A program made the translations under genes and the position numbers. Source: Octopus vulgaris (Eukaryota). Taken from it: a DNA stretch of 64,000 nucleotides. Positions 26,691 to 38,892 of the stretch are shown in pieces. Positions within the stretch are counted from its first letter, which is position 1, and every line of letters starts with the position of its first letter. Location of the stretch: positions 189,782,001 to 189,846,000 of the forward strand of contig OX597815.1 of assembly GCA_951406725.2 (NCBI GenBank). Reading direction: 5' to 3'. The notes below the pieces were generated by a model. The model was not told the origin of the DNA. It ran no database searches and worked only from the letters and a program-made list of their open reading frames with translations.

Positions 26691-27256
26691 TTAAGTTGTC
26701 CGGAAAGTTTGAGCCAATGTATAGTAGCTTATCTTTCGACTTATTTTAGAACATGGTTGAGTCCATAAAATAGGATTTGACTACACCTCCATTTAGAGCA
26801 CAATTTAAGCTATCTTTTTGTGGAAGAAGGTTTATGTTCCTATAACCTGTGTTAATTCTGTAACCCTTTAAAATGGAAGATAAGAAAGTTCATTTTCGGC
26901 ACTTGATGCTTTGGGAACCAGACAAAAATTGCTGCAGCTTGACTGGGATGTGTAACCCCACCCTCCATATTCACCAGATATTGCTCCTTCGAATTTCCAC
27001 TTATTCAGGTCTCTGCAGAATAGTCTTAATGATAAAAATTTCAATTCCTTGGATGACATAAAAAGATACCTTGATGAATTCTTTGCCATGAAACCACCTC
27101 AGTTCTGGGAAGAGAGTATTTTCAAGTTAAAGGAAAGATAGAGATGCATTGTGCAACAAAATGGTTCATATTTGGTTGATTAAAAATGTAATGGCAAGTA
27201 TTTATCGACTTTTTTCTTTCCTTTAAAAATTGGCATGAACTTTCCGGACAACCCAA
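26691..27256 (+). mobile_element. Non-autonomous mariner (Hsmar1/cecropia-like) deletion derivative
   Basis: TA-flanked TIRs ttaagttgtccggaaagtt / aactttccggacaacccaa; MEDKKVHFRHLML fused to PHPPYSPDIAPSNFHLFRSLQN. Confidence 0.9.
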
Positions 27257-27282
27257 TATTTGTCTACATGCATACCTATTTG

Positions 27283-27505
27283 TTAACCCTTTAGCATTCA
27301 GGTTACTCTCTTGAATTAAATGCTTATTTTATTCACATTGTTTTAAATTAATCCTGCATTGTCTCATAGCTTCAATATATCTGATTGTTGATTATTAGAA
27401 TGACATTGTAGGGTAGGTGTGAGAGGCCAGATCCAGCTGGTATTGGTCATAAAACAAGTAAAACATTTGGATTAGATATGGCTGGTTTAAATGTGAAAAA
27501 CATTA
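27283..27505. mobile_element. Old TTAA-ccct (piggyBac-like) MITE
   Basis: Starts ttaaccctttagcattc; ends gatatggctggtttaaatg, similar to 8255-8285. Confidence 0.45.
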
Positions 27506-27580
27506 AGACAGAAGACATGATGCAAGAGAGATTTATTTGCTACTTCTTGCAGATTATGTAACAGGATAGAAACTGTCTCA

Positions 27581-28239
27581 TAAGGCAGCGAGCTGGCAGA
27601 AACTTTAGCATGCCAGACGAAATGCTTAGCAGTATTTCGTCTGCCGCTACGTTCTGAGTTCAAATTCTGCTGAGGTCGACTTTTCCTTTCATCCTCTTGG
27701 GATCAATTAAATAAATACCAGTTACGCACTAGGGTCGATATAATTGACTTATTCCGTTTGTCTGTCCTTGTTTGTCCCCTCTATGTTTAGCCCCTTGTGG
27801 GCAATAAAAAAATTAAGAAACGTTCGCATGCCGGATGAAATGCTTAGCAGTATTTCGTCTGCCGCTACATTCTGAGTTCAAATTCTGCTGAGGTCGACTT
27901 TGCCTTTCATCCTTTCAGGGCCAATTAAATAAATACCAGTTATGCACTGGGGTCGATGTAATCGACTTAATCCATTTGTCTGTCCTTGTTTATTCTCTCT
28001 ATGTTTAACCCCTTGTGGGCAATAAAAAAAGTAGAAAACGTTAGCACGCCAGGTGAAATGCTCAGCAGTATTTTGTCTGCTGCTATGTTTTGAGTTCAAA
28101 TTCCGCCAAGGTCGACTTTGCCTTTCATCAATTAAATAAGTACCAGTTACACACTGGGGTCGATGTAATTGACTTAATCCCTTTGTCTGTCCTTGTTTGT
28201 CCCCTCTGTGTGTAGCCCCTTGTGGGCAGTGAAGAAATA
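27581..28239 (+). mobile_element. SINE family D trimer within one TSD
   Basis: Three units; TSD agaaactgtctca at 27568-27580 and 28240-28252. Confidence 0.85.
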
Positions 28240-28406
28240 AGAAACTGTCTCACAAGGTAGTATTTCTAGGTGATCTAATCCATACTTCCAACATCCATTT
28301 GAATTTAGACAATGTAAAAAAAATGAAATGTTTTATTGAGAAATACAAAGAAGTCCGTGCAACAGATTGAACTGACAATCTTTGACCAAATAGTGCTGTC
28401 GCTTAC

Positions 28407-28436
28407 CGATTTTATCATTTAAGTTCTGCATACACT
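28407..28436 (-). other. Candidate 30-nt microexon
   Basis: taactcacttccatgtctttctgtag|agtgtatgcagaacttaaatgataaaatcg|gtaagc; open only in phase 1 (xCMQNLNDKI); lies in ~650 bp of repeat-free DNA. Confidence 0.45.
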
Positions 28437-28915
28437 CTACAGAAAGACATGGAAGTGAGTTACATAATAACATTTCATCTCATGAAAAGCAGTGCTCCTT
28501 GGTAAGAAAGAAAGAACAGCGTAGTCATCTTTGTCAGCTAACAGGAAAGGAAAAAATGCCTTATCATTCATATTCTGTCAGTATCCAAGAGTGATTTGAC
28601 AGACAGGAAATAAATATTGTACTTTTATTGAGATGGCAGTGACACAACACTGTTATCGCTATTAACAACAAAATACAGTTACAAATAAGCAATAGACAAC
28701 TTCCTTAAATGCCAGTCACGTCTGACATAACGAGGAAAGTCAATACTTTCAGGAGACAGTCAAGAAATCTCGGCAGCCCAATTACTACGACGAAAGATAT
28801 TCAAATAAACAATTGCAGAATACGCACTTTTATACGAGTTGAAATCTTCTGTCATGGACACAGTTTCCTTAAATGAGAAACCAAATGTTGGTTGTCTTGT
28901 TGTTATTGCTGTTTA

Positions 28916-29299
28916 TGGAGGCGCAATGGCCCAGTGGTTAGGGCAGCGGACTCGCGGTCATAGGATCGTGGTTTCGATTCCCAGACCGGGCATCGCGAGT
29001 GTTTATTGAGCGAAAATACCTAAAGCTCCACGAGACTCCGGCAGGAGATGGTGGTGATCCCTGCTGTACTCTTTCACCACAACTTTCTCTCACTCTTACT
29101 TCCTCTTTCTGCTGTACCTGTATTTCAAAGGGCCGGCCTTGTCACTCTCTGTGTCACGCTGAATATCCCCGAGAACTACGTTAAGGGTACACGTGTCTGT
29201 GGAGTGCTCAGCCACTTACACGTTAATTTCACGAGCAGGCTGTTCCGTTGATTCGGATCAACCGGAACCCTCGTCGTCGTAACTGACTGAGTGCTTCCA
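28916..29299 (+). mobile_element. tRNA-derived SINE family E, full length
   Basis: A box tggcccagtggttagg, B box ggtttcgattcc; TSD attgctgttta (28905-28915 and 29300-29310). Confidence 0.9.
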
Positions 29300-29779
29300 A
29301 TTGCTGTTTAGCTCCAAATCAACACTGACTGAACAGATGTAGAAGTGAAGGAATTCCAACCATGACCATTTCATCCATTTCCTATGTACAGGTGGCCCAG
29401 AACCACAAAATTCGAAGAATGTAATTTGTGAAGGCACATGGCTCAGTGGTTAGAGCATCATGGTCACAATCTTGCCCGCATTTGTGCCTTGGAGAGGAAC
29501 TTTGTAAGTGCAATCCCATGGTCATTCATGACCGAAGGGGGTCTTTACCCTTACACTTACCCTTTCATTTCTAAGATAGAGGATGTGGGATGGTGATGGG
29601 TGGTGGTGAGGTGGGGATGAGTCAAGGGAGATTTGACTATTATATCTAGCAAGTTGCACACATTGGCTTATACCATTGTAGTTTGTGATGATGACACTGG
29701 TAGAGTATTAATGATAATAATTTTCATTGTGATGATAATTACGAGGAAAAATATTGATGACAATGTTGATGACAATGAC

Positions 29780-30001
29780 GAAGTTGGTGGTAGAGGAGGT
29801 GGTAACGGTGGTGGTGGTGGTGGTGTTACTGTTGTTGTTGTTGTTGTTGTGGTGGTGGTGGTGGTGGAAATGGTGTTGTTGTTGTTGGTAGTGGCGGTGA
29901 TGGTGTTGTTGTTGTTGTTGTTGTTGCTAGTAGTGGTGGTGGTGGCAGAAATGGTGGTAGCGGTGATGGTAATGGTGTTGTTGTTGTTGCTGTTGTTGTT
30001 G

Positions 30002-30033
<32 letters not shown>

Positions 30034-30100
30034 GGTGGTGGTGGTGGTGGTGATGAAGATGACGACAATGATGATAACGATGCTGATGCTGACAATGGTA

Positions 30101-30131
<31 letters not shown>

Positions 30132-30150
30132 CCACCACTGATGATGGTGA
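29780..30150. repeat. (GGT/GTT/GAT)n compound microsatellite
   Basis: Direct reading. Confidence 0.95.
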
Positions 30151-30299
30151 TCATCAACATAATATCAGTTTCACTGATTACCATGTAATGCATTTACTTA
30201 TATAAAATATGCAATACATTTATTTATATAAAATAAAGATGGAATCATTAACATTACAAATAATTAAAATTTTAATTCATCCTTTAATTACAGAACAAA

Positions 30300-30570
30300 A
30301 TATTATTTAATATTACGGAGATGTACTCGCATAGCAAGTGATTTGATCTGAGATCGTGTGCTGGAAAGAAAACAATTGCAGCGTGGAAGGTGTTTGTAAG
30401 CCATTTAAGAAACACACAAAAGCCGTCAGTGAACAGGTCACGGATTTTAGCGACGAAAATATTTTGACAAATTAAACTTAAATGTTGAAGTGAATCGAAC
30501 GGTTTTTGTGTGTTTCTAAAATGGCTTACAAACACCCTTCCACGCTGCAATTGTATTATTTAATAATATT
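30300..30570. mobile_element. Fold-back PLE-type insertion (arms 30372-30426 / 30498-30554)
   Basis: acaattgcagcgtggaaggtgtttgtaagccattt / aaatggcttacaaacacccttccacgctgcaattgt. Confidence 0.8.
30425..30468 (+). ncRNA. Minimal type-I hammerhead with G3-C8 swapped core
   Basis: guca-GUGAACA-G-gucac ggauuuua gcgac-GAAA-auau-UU-ugac: 4-bp stem I, stem II with one A-C mismatch, palindromic stem III. Confidence 0.65.
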
Positions 30571-30594
30571 CCACAATATCATTTAATCATATCA

Positions 30595-30925
30595 AGTGTT
30601 GGGCCTCACGAAGGCAATGGCCAAGACCTTTGGCATTATGTCAGGCTTGAGAAGAAGACCCTTCAAGCCGAGCAAAATTGCAGACGTGGCAGATATTGGT
30701 GTCATGCAAATGGCACCCATGCTGGTGGCATGTAAAAGCACCAATTACACTCTCAGAGTAGCTGGCATTAGGAAGGGCACCCGGCCATAGAAAACCATGC
30801 CAAATCAGACTGGGGTCTGGCACAGCCTTCCAGCTTACCAGTCCCAGTGAAACCGTCCAACCCATGCCAGCATGGACAATGGATATTAAATGATGGCGGA
30901 CATGATGATGATGATGATGATGATA
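30595..30925 (+). mobile_element. Repeat family C-like element
   Basis: ggcatgtaaaagcacc...catgccagcatggacaatggatattaaa(tga)n. Confidence 0.75.
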
Positions 30926-30969
30926 TCCGGCCCAAATATAATACCTGTTTTATGTACAGACTGACCATA

Positions 30970-31725
30970 TAGTGGTGGCAGTAGTTGCGGCAGTGGTGGT
31001 GGTGGTGATGGTGGTGGCAGTGGCAGCGGTGGTGGTGGTGGTGGTGGCTGTTGTTGTTGTTAAGCAACAAGACGGGTAAGGGTGATTAGGTGATGGTCTA
31101 GGGCTTAGGGGCGGGAGACCCCAGACTTTGGAAAAAAAAAACTTTGGTTGTCTTGTTGTAGTCAAGGGCTCTTTGTTGACATCTGACACCACTGGGAGGT
31201 GGCCCTTGAAGTCGCTGGAAATGGAGATCTCCAGGTCCAAATTCTTGAATGGCTGGTGATGATGGTGGTAGTGGTGGTGATGATGGTGGCGGTAGTGGCA
31301 GTGGAGATGGTGGTGGTGGTAGTGTTGGTGGTGATGGTGGTAGTGATGGTGGTAGTGATGGTGGTAGTGGTGGTGGTGACAGTGGTGGTGGTAGTGGTGG
31401 TGATAGTGGTGGTGGTGGTGTAGTGGTGGTGGTGGTGATGGTAGTGGTGGTGATGATGGTGGCGGTAGTGGCAGTGGGGATGGTGGTGGTGGTAGTGGTG
31501 GTAGTGGTGGTGGTAATGGTGGTAATGGTGGTAGTTATGGTAGTGGTGGTGGTGACAGTGGTGGTGGTAGTGGTGATGATGGTGGTAGTGGTGGTGATGG
31601 TGGTGACAGTGGTGGTGGTGGTGATGGTAGTGATGGTGGTGGTGGTGGTCGTTGTCATCATTGCTGTCATTGTTGTCGGCGTCATCATCGTAGTAGTAGT
31701 AGTAGTAGTAGTAGTAAGCAGCAGT
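30970..31725. repeat. (GGT/GAT/AGT)n low-complexity tract with a ~195-bp unique island (31060-31255)
   Basis: Direct reading. Confidence 0.9.
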
Positions 31726-31819
31726 AGTTGTTGATGATGCTGCAGTAAAGGACTGATTCATGGTAAGGTCAAAAGAAGCAGAGGTTATTTCAGAAGTAAG
31801 CACAACATGCAAATCTTAC

Positions 31820-31926
31820 CATTTTGACAACATGGATTCTTGGTTTTAATAATCCGAGTGTTTTTTATGCCCACTGTAATATCTCCAGTGAAACGATTGC
31901 GTGGAAGTAACAAAACAGCAATAACA
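31820..31926 (-). other. Candidate 107-nt exon
   Basis: ttgctgttttcag|tgttattgc...caaaatg|gtaaga; one open frame VIAVLLLPRNRFTGDITVGIKNTRIIKTKNPCCQN. Confidence 0.4.
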
Positions 31927-32125
31927 CTGAAAACAGCAATGATACAGTTGTACCGAAACCTATTATTTTACTTTCAGGATATGTAAAAACGATACAAATA
32001 ACCAGAGTCACGGTTTACATAATTGCCAACAGTATTCTAAAAATAAAACCGCCTCAAGTTCGCACACATATCTGTTGAATTATTATTATTATTATTATTA
32101 TTATTTATTATTATTATCATTATTA

Positions 32126-32166
<41 letters not shown>

Positions 32167-32264
32167 TTATAATTGAGCCATTAAATTTCGCTTCTTTTCT
32201 AGTATTCTGATAGAATTCCATCATTTGTCTCAGATATTTTTTTGATAGCTTGTTTGAGTTTTAC

Positions 32265-32301
<37 letters not shown>

Positions 32302-32735
32302 GTTATTATTATTATTATTATCTCTTTTTATTTTTTCTCATTTTATTATTATTTTTTTTTTTTTTTTTTTTACAAAGTACCATATTCACAAGCAAGCAGT
32401 ACTGATACATGCAAGAAAATAAATTAAATGCCACTTTCAGGAATTATTTGAAGTAAAACTATACTTTGCAGTATTAGACTTAAATTTGCATATTGTGTAA
32501 ATGACATTCTCTGATGCCAAAGCTTTTAACTGTTTACGGATTCATGGTTCAAATTATTCATGCATGAGTTACTTTATCTGAAATTTAGGAACAAAGTGAA
32601 GACTGTTAATTTATTTGTTTGCTTCTTAAAACTTAAACAAATTCAGTGTCCAATTATAGAAAATTGACAAGTTTTATTGACAAATAGATTACTTTCTGAA
32701 ATTTTTGCAGTTGTTGTTGTTGTTGTTGTTGCTGA

Positions 32736-32769
<34 letters not shown>

Positions 32770-33524
32770 GCTATTGTTGTTGTTGTTTTCATGCCAAACT
32801 ATAAAAACAATATGATTTCTGAAAGTCTATTGAAACATTCATTAACACCTGTTGTAATTTGAATTTATTTATCCTGAGATATGTCATGCATAAAGCAATG
32901 AGAATTTATTCATAAGATACAACAACCAGGTTGGAAAGATTTATTACTTGAAATGATGCAGAAGGCAGTAGATTATAATGAAAATTAGGTTTCGGCGCTG
33001 GCTTAATTTAGTAAGTAATTCACAATGTCACTGTCTGGCGTTGCAGCGATACACTATATAAATATTCATCATCTCATTAATGGTCTATTTATAAGCATGG
33101 ATAAAGTTAACATTTACCGAATTACAACAATGTAAAGGGCTAGTACATATCTCCATTTTCCATTGCAATAGGCAGATAAGAGACAAAATTCCCATAAGAT
33201 AACATGTTTCTGAGAATTTCTTCCATGGGAGGAGCTGAGCTAACAACTGCTGTCATTATTACAAGCAATAAGCTATACCATGTTGCAGTAGCTGTTGAAA
33301 ATATATGAATTCTGTAGACGAGGTGAGAACAGTACTGGAGGCGTATTTTTTGGCAAGGAGAAGTGAATTTTGGAAGAGGGGCCTTGCAAGTCTACCTGGA
33401 AGATGGAAGAGCATTGTAGAAAATGATGGAGAGTATATCTTAGATTAAAAAAGAACTTTGTTTATCTTAAGTCTGAAAAATGAAAGAAGTATAAAACATA
33501 CCGCATTATTCATGGGTTAACTCA

Positions 33525-33572
<48 letters not shown>

Positions 33573-33637
33573 CGGAGTAAACACATAAATGTGAAACAAG
33601 GTGGAAAAAGAGTACTCAAATACCAGTGGTAGAGTAA

Positions 33638-33768
33638 TATGCTTTATTTAAAGCAGCAGAAAATTCAACAAAACCTGTTACTCTGAGTTCCCCGTCTCCG
33701 ACGAACGGAGACGGGAAACTCAGAATAACAGGTTTTGTTGAATTTTCTGCTGCTTTAAATAAAGTATA
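33638..33768. repeat. Near-perfect hairpin, ~63-bp arms, 5-nt loop (33701-33705), folding inside an HHR-like motif
   Basis: ...ctctgagttccccgtctccg-acgaa-cggagacgggaaactcagaataacagg...; flanked by (TA)n. Confidence 0.9.
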
Positions 33769-34005
33769 TATATATATATATATATATAATTTTAATCCAA
33801 ACGGGAAAACAAAAAAACAACAACAGTGGAACAAAACAGTATTATTATTAATAGGCGCTCAGGAAATATGTTCTTTTACTTGTTTCACTCATATGTAGAA
33901 GCATATTGAATAAATAGTTCGAATTTACTGAAAACAAAAGATGAAGATAGATGAGGAAACAACAAACAGGTTTATTAGTTTGACACTCAGGAAGAATGAA
34001 AAAGT

Positions 34006-34041
34006 CTTTGACAATTCGGGCCTATGCTCTTTGACAGAAAG
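34006..34041 (-). ncRNA. Degenerate HHR motif, same family as 1471-1506
   Basis: Minus strand: cuuu-CUGUCaA-A-GAGC auag GCcC-GAAu-u-GUC-aaag. Confidence 0.5.
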
Positions 34042-34823
34042 GACTGAGAAAGAGAAAAATGGAGAGAGAAAAAGTCCTTTGCCAATCTTTATATTAACCA
34101 GTTTCCCAGTATAATGTCCACACTTGCACACAAGCTGTTTTACTGTACTTTAGTTGCTTGCTGATGTTCGAAAAGGAAACTTTTTGCAGGTGGAGTGATA
34201 TAATTTTTGCTCTCGTGACTGGACTGAGGCTACATTGTTTTCCCATTATTAATCAATTGTATAATAACGTTAAAATATAACATTATATAGTGCAGTTAAG
34301 CTAGTTGTGTGACCACCCATTTTGGCAAAAAAATTTGCATACATATTACATGGTCTTAAACTAATTTTGCCAGTAAATTTGAAATGTTTATATTAATTTA
34401 GCATTAGAATTCTTCAAGTTGCATAAAAATAGTTATTGTCTGCATCATTCGAAAGAGAAATAAATTCTGCACAAGGTATAAAAGATAAAGATAATTTGTA
34501 TGGTGTTAGTAACAAAATATTTTGTAAGAAATAAAACTTTTATCATCGGTCTTAAATATATTTTTGCCAGTGTATGTATATATATATATATATATATATA
34601 TGCATATATGGGTACAGGATTACAGGATGTTAGCAAACGTAAGCAATATGAAATATGAAAACAACATGAAATACGAAGACAAGCGTTTTTTTTGTGAATA
34701 ACAAGAAAAACAATTGGAAAACAAGACAAGTAACATAAAAAACGACCATTCATCAGTTGTTGGCTGTTTATCTACTCCACATTTTGAGCAATTCATGACA
34801 ATATGTGCCTTCAAGAAAACAGC

Positions 34824-34883
<60 letters not shown>

Positions 34884-34924
34884 TGTATGTATGTATGTAT
34901 GTATGTATGTATTTATTTATTTAT

Positions 34925-35138
34925 GTGTGCGTGTCTTTGTGCTTTGAGTCTGCGTTTGTGCCCCACTGTTGCTTGACAACCGATATCGGTGTGCTTATGT
35001 CCCTGTAACTTAGCAGTTCAGTAAAAGAAACCGATAGAATAAGTACCAAGCTTGCAAAGAACAAGTCCTGGGGTCAATTTCTTCAAATAAAAGGTGGTGC
35101 TCCAGCATGGCCGCAGTTTGAAGCAAGTAAAAGAGTAA
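34925..35138 (+). mobile_element. SINE family B, 3' half
   Basis: gcttgacaaccgat...ggtggtgctccagcatggccgcag. Confidence 0.8.
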
Positions 35139-37479
35139 ATCTAGAAATAGAGAGAATGTAGCGAAAATACTGATTATAAATGTTAGCAATAAGAAAGGAA
35201 ATACTTTTAATTGCTTGGAGAAGCTCGTTTGATTGAAGGTTTTTCATCTTATTATACATCATTCATGTGACTCCCTACTGTATTCATGTCTCGTAAGCAG
35301 AATGTTTCCCCGGAGGTATTTTATTAACAAAGATGAATTGTTTCCATAAAAGATTTATGAAAGCAATTTTTATCATTTTTCCTGTTAGCTAAATGAAAAT
35401 ATGAACCCTATATAACTACCAGTTTTTAAATATATATCGAAATTGAAAAATAAATAAACAATGTTAAAAAAAACATTGCAGCACAAAGGAAGGCAAAATG
35501 ATTTATGATTTTAAACCTTTGCAATGATATCAAACAAGGAAATTAAAAAATAACAAATAAAAAGCCTCTGTAGAAATCAATCTCAAATTAAAAAACAAAT
35601 ATATTTACATTTACAGTCAATTCAGTCTACATCAAAGGCCACTTATTCCCCATATAGACTAATATATGTTTCCAAACCTCTGGCTCAGTGATTTATAGTA
35701 ACCTTAATATCCAATGACTTATTCCTGATAACACATTTAGCGGCTGCTGTTGCTATTGCAATTTAACACAGAATGAATTCACGATCTATGCGGATCAGGA
35801 CAGCAATTATTCCTGAACTAGAAGCATGCTAGTGTAGTATTTATAACTTACTAGTAATTCAGTGTAGCATTATGGAATAACATTCAAACGCAAAAGGGAT
35901 ATTAGTATGCACAACTCAATTTCCATTCTGAACATAAGCTTGAGTGAAAGTCCTTCTGTGTAAAGCTAATCATTTTTAGTTTCCGCTTTTTGCAAAAAAA
36001 AATTTACCAGCTGTCTTCATAACGATTTATATCATCCTATTATAAACCTACATGTTTTGGTTATTTTATTTGCTTTAGAACCTCCTCTTTTTATGTGGAG
36101 GTCAGCTAATCAAAACCAATACTAAAGTGTGGATAGAATGAGATAAATCTGTGTTCTCAGTCATATGGTTACACTCCAAGAATAATTTTTTCTTCAGTAA
36201 TGTGTTAATTATGAAATCAATTGTTAATATTTTGCTATTATAAACATGACACTTAAAACTTGTTTTTTCAGCCAATAAAATATTTTTTCAGAGTAAGACT
36301 GTTCCGAGTTCAAAGGGCCTAGCTAATCATTAAAAATTTAGTTTAGCTCTAAAAATGGAAGCTTAAAACAAAATAGAATAAGACGAAAAACAAATTGCTC
36401 CATAAATATTGATTATAGGTAGCAATAATATCTGGTAGAAGATCATCAAAACTTTGACTAACATCGTAGTGACTGAGAAAAACATTATTAAATGCAAAGG
36501 TTTCATAGATAGAATCTATAAAAGTACATTAAAGAAATGAAGAGTTGCTTTTGTTTCTAAGCATTTTCAGTGTATTGAAATATGTGTCATGATAATTTTC
36601 AGAATTTTATTGATTAACCATTTTCTGAGTTTGTTACAGACACACATCCATAGCAACTAAAACTTTCTCTGCTTTAGAAAAGTGATATATTTGATTGACT
36701 TGCAGCAACTTGGATGGTTACAAATATATATTATAAAAGAGTTATGTAATTTACGAGTACAATAATTTCAGAACGTGATATTGGTTTCATTTGAATAGAT
36801 ACAAGGATACTATATTTGCAAAGAAGATTACATGGGATATTGCAATGTTCATACCTCTCCAAAAGCATTATCTGTGAAAATGAAGCAGAATGGTTCCAAT
36901 GTGAAATATACTCTCAACTGGCATACAATCTCATTTATTTATTTTATAAAGCAATTTGTGCACAATAGCTTCATTGGTTACAGGTTTCCAACAGACCAAT
37001 AATTGATTCATAGTATTTCTGACAGTGGCAATAACAAAGGAATGTCTATAATTTGGTGTAGAACAAATTATTTAAGGGAATTCATCTGAGAACTGTTGTT
37101 TTGTTTTGTTTTGTTTTTCTCGTCAATGTTTAGTTCCTTTGCTGTTACACACCACCAAAACACACACACACGTGTGTATGTCTGTGTGTGTGTGTGGTGT
37201 GGCAGATGGACTTCCAACAGAATAAAGAAAACTATCTTTCCATTGGTGTTTCCAGGCAGTGGTACGATATGTTGGCTGAGAACTCTTGACAGAAATGTTG
37301 CTATTTGGTGATGGAGTGGAATTTGATCCCTGAATGCACAACACCTCATCACAGATACCCTAAGGCATCTCATCCAATGCTCTAACAATTTCTGCCAATC
37401 CACCCAACATCAACCATAACCCCTCTGCTACATTTTAAAAATTTATTTATTTATTTTGCATATACATATCCATGTGAGT

Positions 37480-37678
37480 GTGTATGCGTGCGTGTTTGTG
37501 TGAGTGTGCATGTGTGTGTGTGTGCATGTGTGAGAGAGAGTATTTATGTGGATATCTTTCACCAATGTGTGTGTGTGTCTGTGAGAGAGAGAGTATCTGT
37601 GTGGATATCTTTCATCAATGTGTGTGTGCATGTGTATATGTGTGTGTGAGTGTGAGTAACTATGTGGATATCTTTCAT

Positions 37679-37711
<33 letters not shown>

Positions 37712-37860
37712 TGCATGTGTGTGAGTAAGTGGATATGTTTCATCAATATGTGTGTGTATGTGTGTGTGTGTGTATGTGTGTGTGTGTGTGTCAGTGTGTG
37801 TGTATCTATGTGGATATCTTTCATCAATATGTATGTGTGTGTGTGTGTATGCACACACAT
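37480..37860. repeat. ~60-bp minisatellite (gtggatatctttcatcaa plus (TG)n)
   Basis: Five to six units. Confidence 0.9.
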
Positions 37861-37872
37861 TGGATAGTTCAG

Positions 37873-38588
37873 ATCATCATCATCATCATCATCATCATCG
37901 ATTAACGTCCATTTTCCATGCTGGCATGGGCTTCACGGTTTGACTGAGGGCAGGAAAGCCAGCAGCTGCACCAGGCTCCAATCTGATCTGGCAAAGTTTC
38001 TACAGCTGGGTGCCCTTCCTAATGCCAACCACTCCAAGAGTGTAGTGGGTGCTTTTTACGTACCACTGGCACAGGAGCCAGTCAGGACAGGCTTGCCATC
38101 GACCACGTTTGGATAGTACCTTTTACGTGCCACCGGCACAGGGGCCTGTCACGAGGTACTGGCATCGGCCACATTCGGATGGTGCTTTTTACATGCCACT
38201 GGCACAAGAGCCAGTCAGAGGATACTAGCATCAGCTATTGGGAACTGAGGGACATTTAGCGATGCCAGATTGTGACAGTGATGTGAAGAGTTGTTTAGTC
38301 ATGTTGCCATAGCAACTCTGATGTGGCAGAAGTAAAACTGTAACTCAGGGCTTTGAGTTCAAATTTTCAGCCTATTTATCTCTTTTACTCTTATGCTCTT
38401 TTACTTGTTTCAGTCATTTGACTGTGGCCATGCTGGAGCACTGCCTTTAGCCGAGCAAATCGACCCCCAGGACTTATTCTTTGGAAGTCTAGTACTTATT
38501 CTATCGGTCTCTTTTGCCAAACTGCTAAGTTACGGGAACATAAACACACCAGCATCGGTTATAAAGCAATGTTGGGGGGACAAACACA

Positions 38589-38630
<42 letters not shown>

Positions 38631-38640
38631 TATATATATA
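37873..38640 (-). mobile_element. Family C (37873-38235) and family B 3' half (38380-38640)
   Basis: Family-diagnostic tails. Confidence 0.8.
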
Positions 38641-38687
38641 AGAGAAAAAATCTGTAAATTTTTTCCACTTGAATATATATTTATATT

Positions 38688-38784
38688 ATATAGAGGGCAT
38701 TATTACACATAAATACCGCATGCTAGGAGGGACTCTTAAAGTCAAAACTACTAGCATGCAGCATTTATGTGTAATAATGCCCTC

Positions 38785-38790
<6 letters not shown>
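38688..38790. repeat. Short fold-back element; relative at 18255-18310
   Basis: tatagagggcattattacacataaat / atttatgtgtaataatgccctctata. Confidence 0.85.
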
Positions 38791-38826
<36 letters not shown>

Positions 38827-38892
38827 CAAGTATTTTATTACATTTATCAATTCATTTTGCACGATTCCTGATGTGAAATTGTATGCTGAAAA

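Noticed and set aside
28407-28436. MQNLND similarity to intermediate-filament coil 1A
   Set aside because: Six residues only, with no adjoining coil sequence; chance match likely
37480-37860. Conserved 18-mer separated by variable spacers
   Set aside because: The spacers are (TG)n microsatellite, so this is a minisatellite
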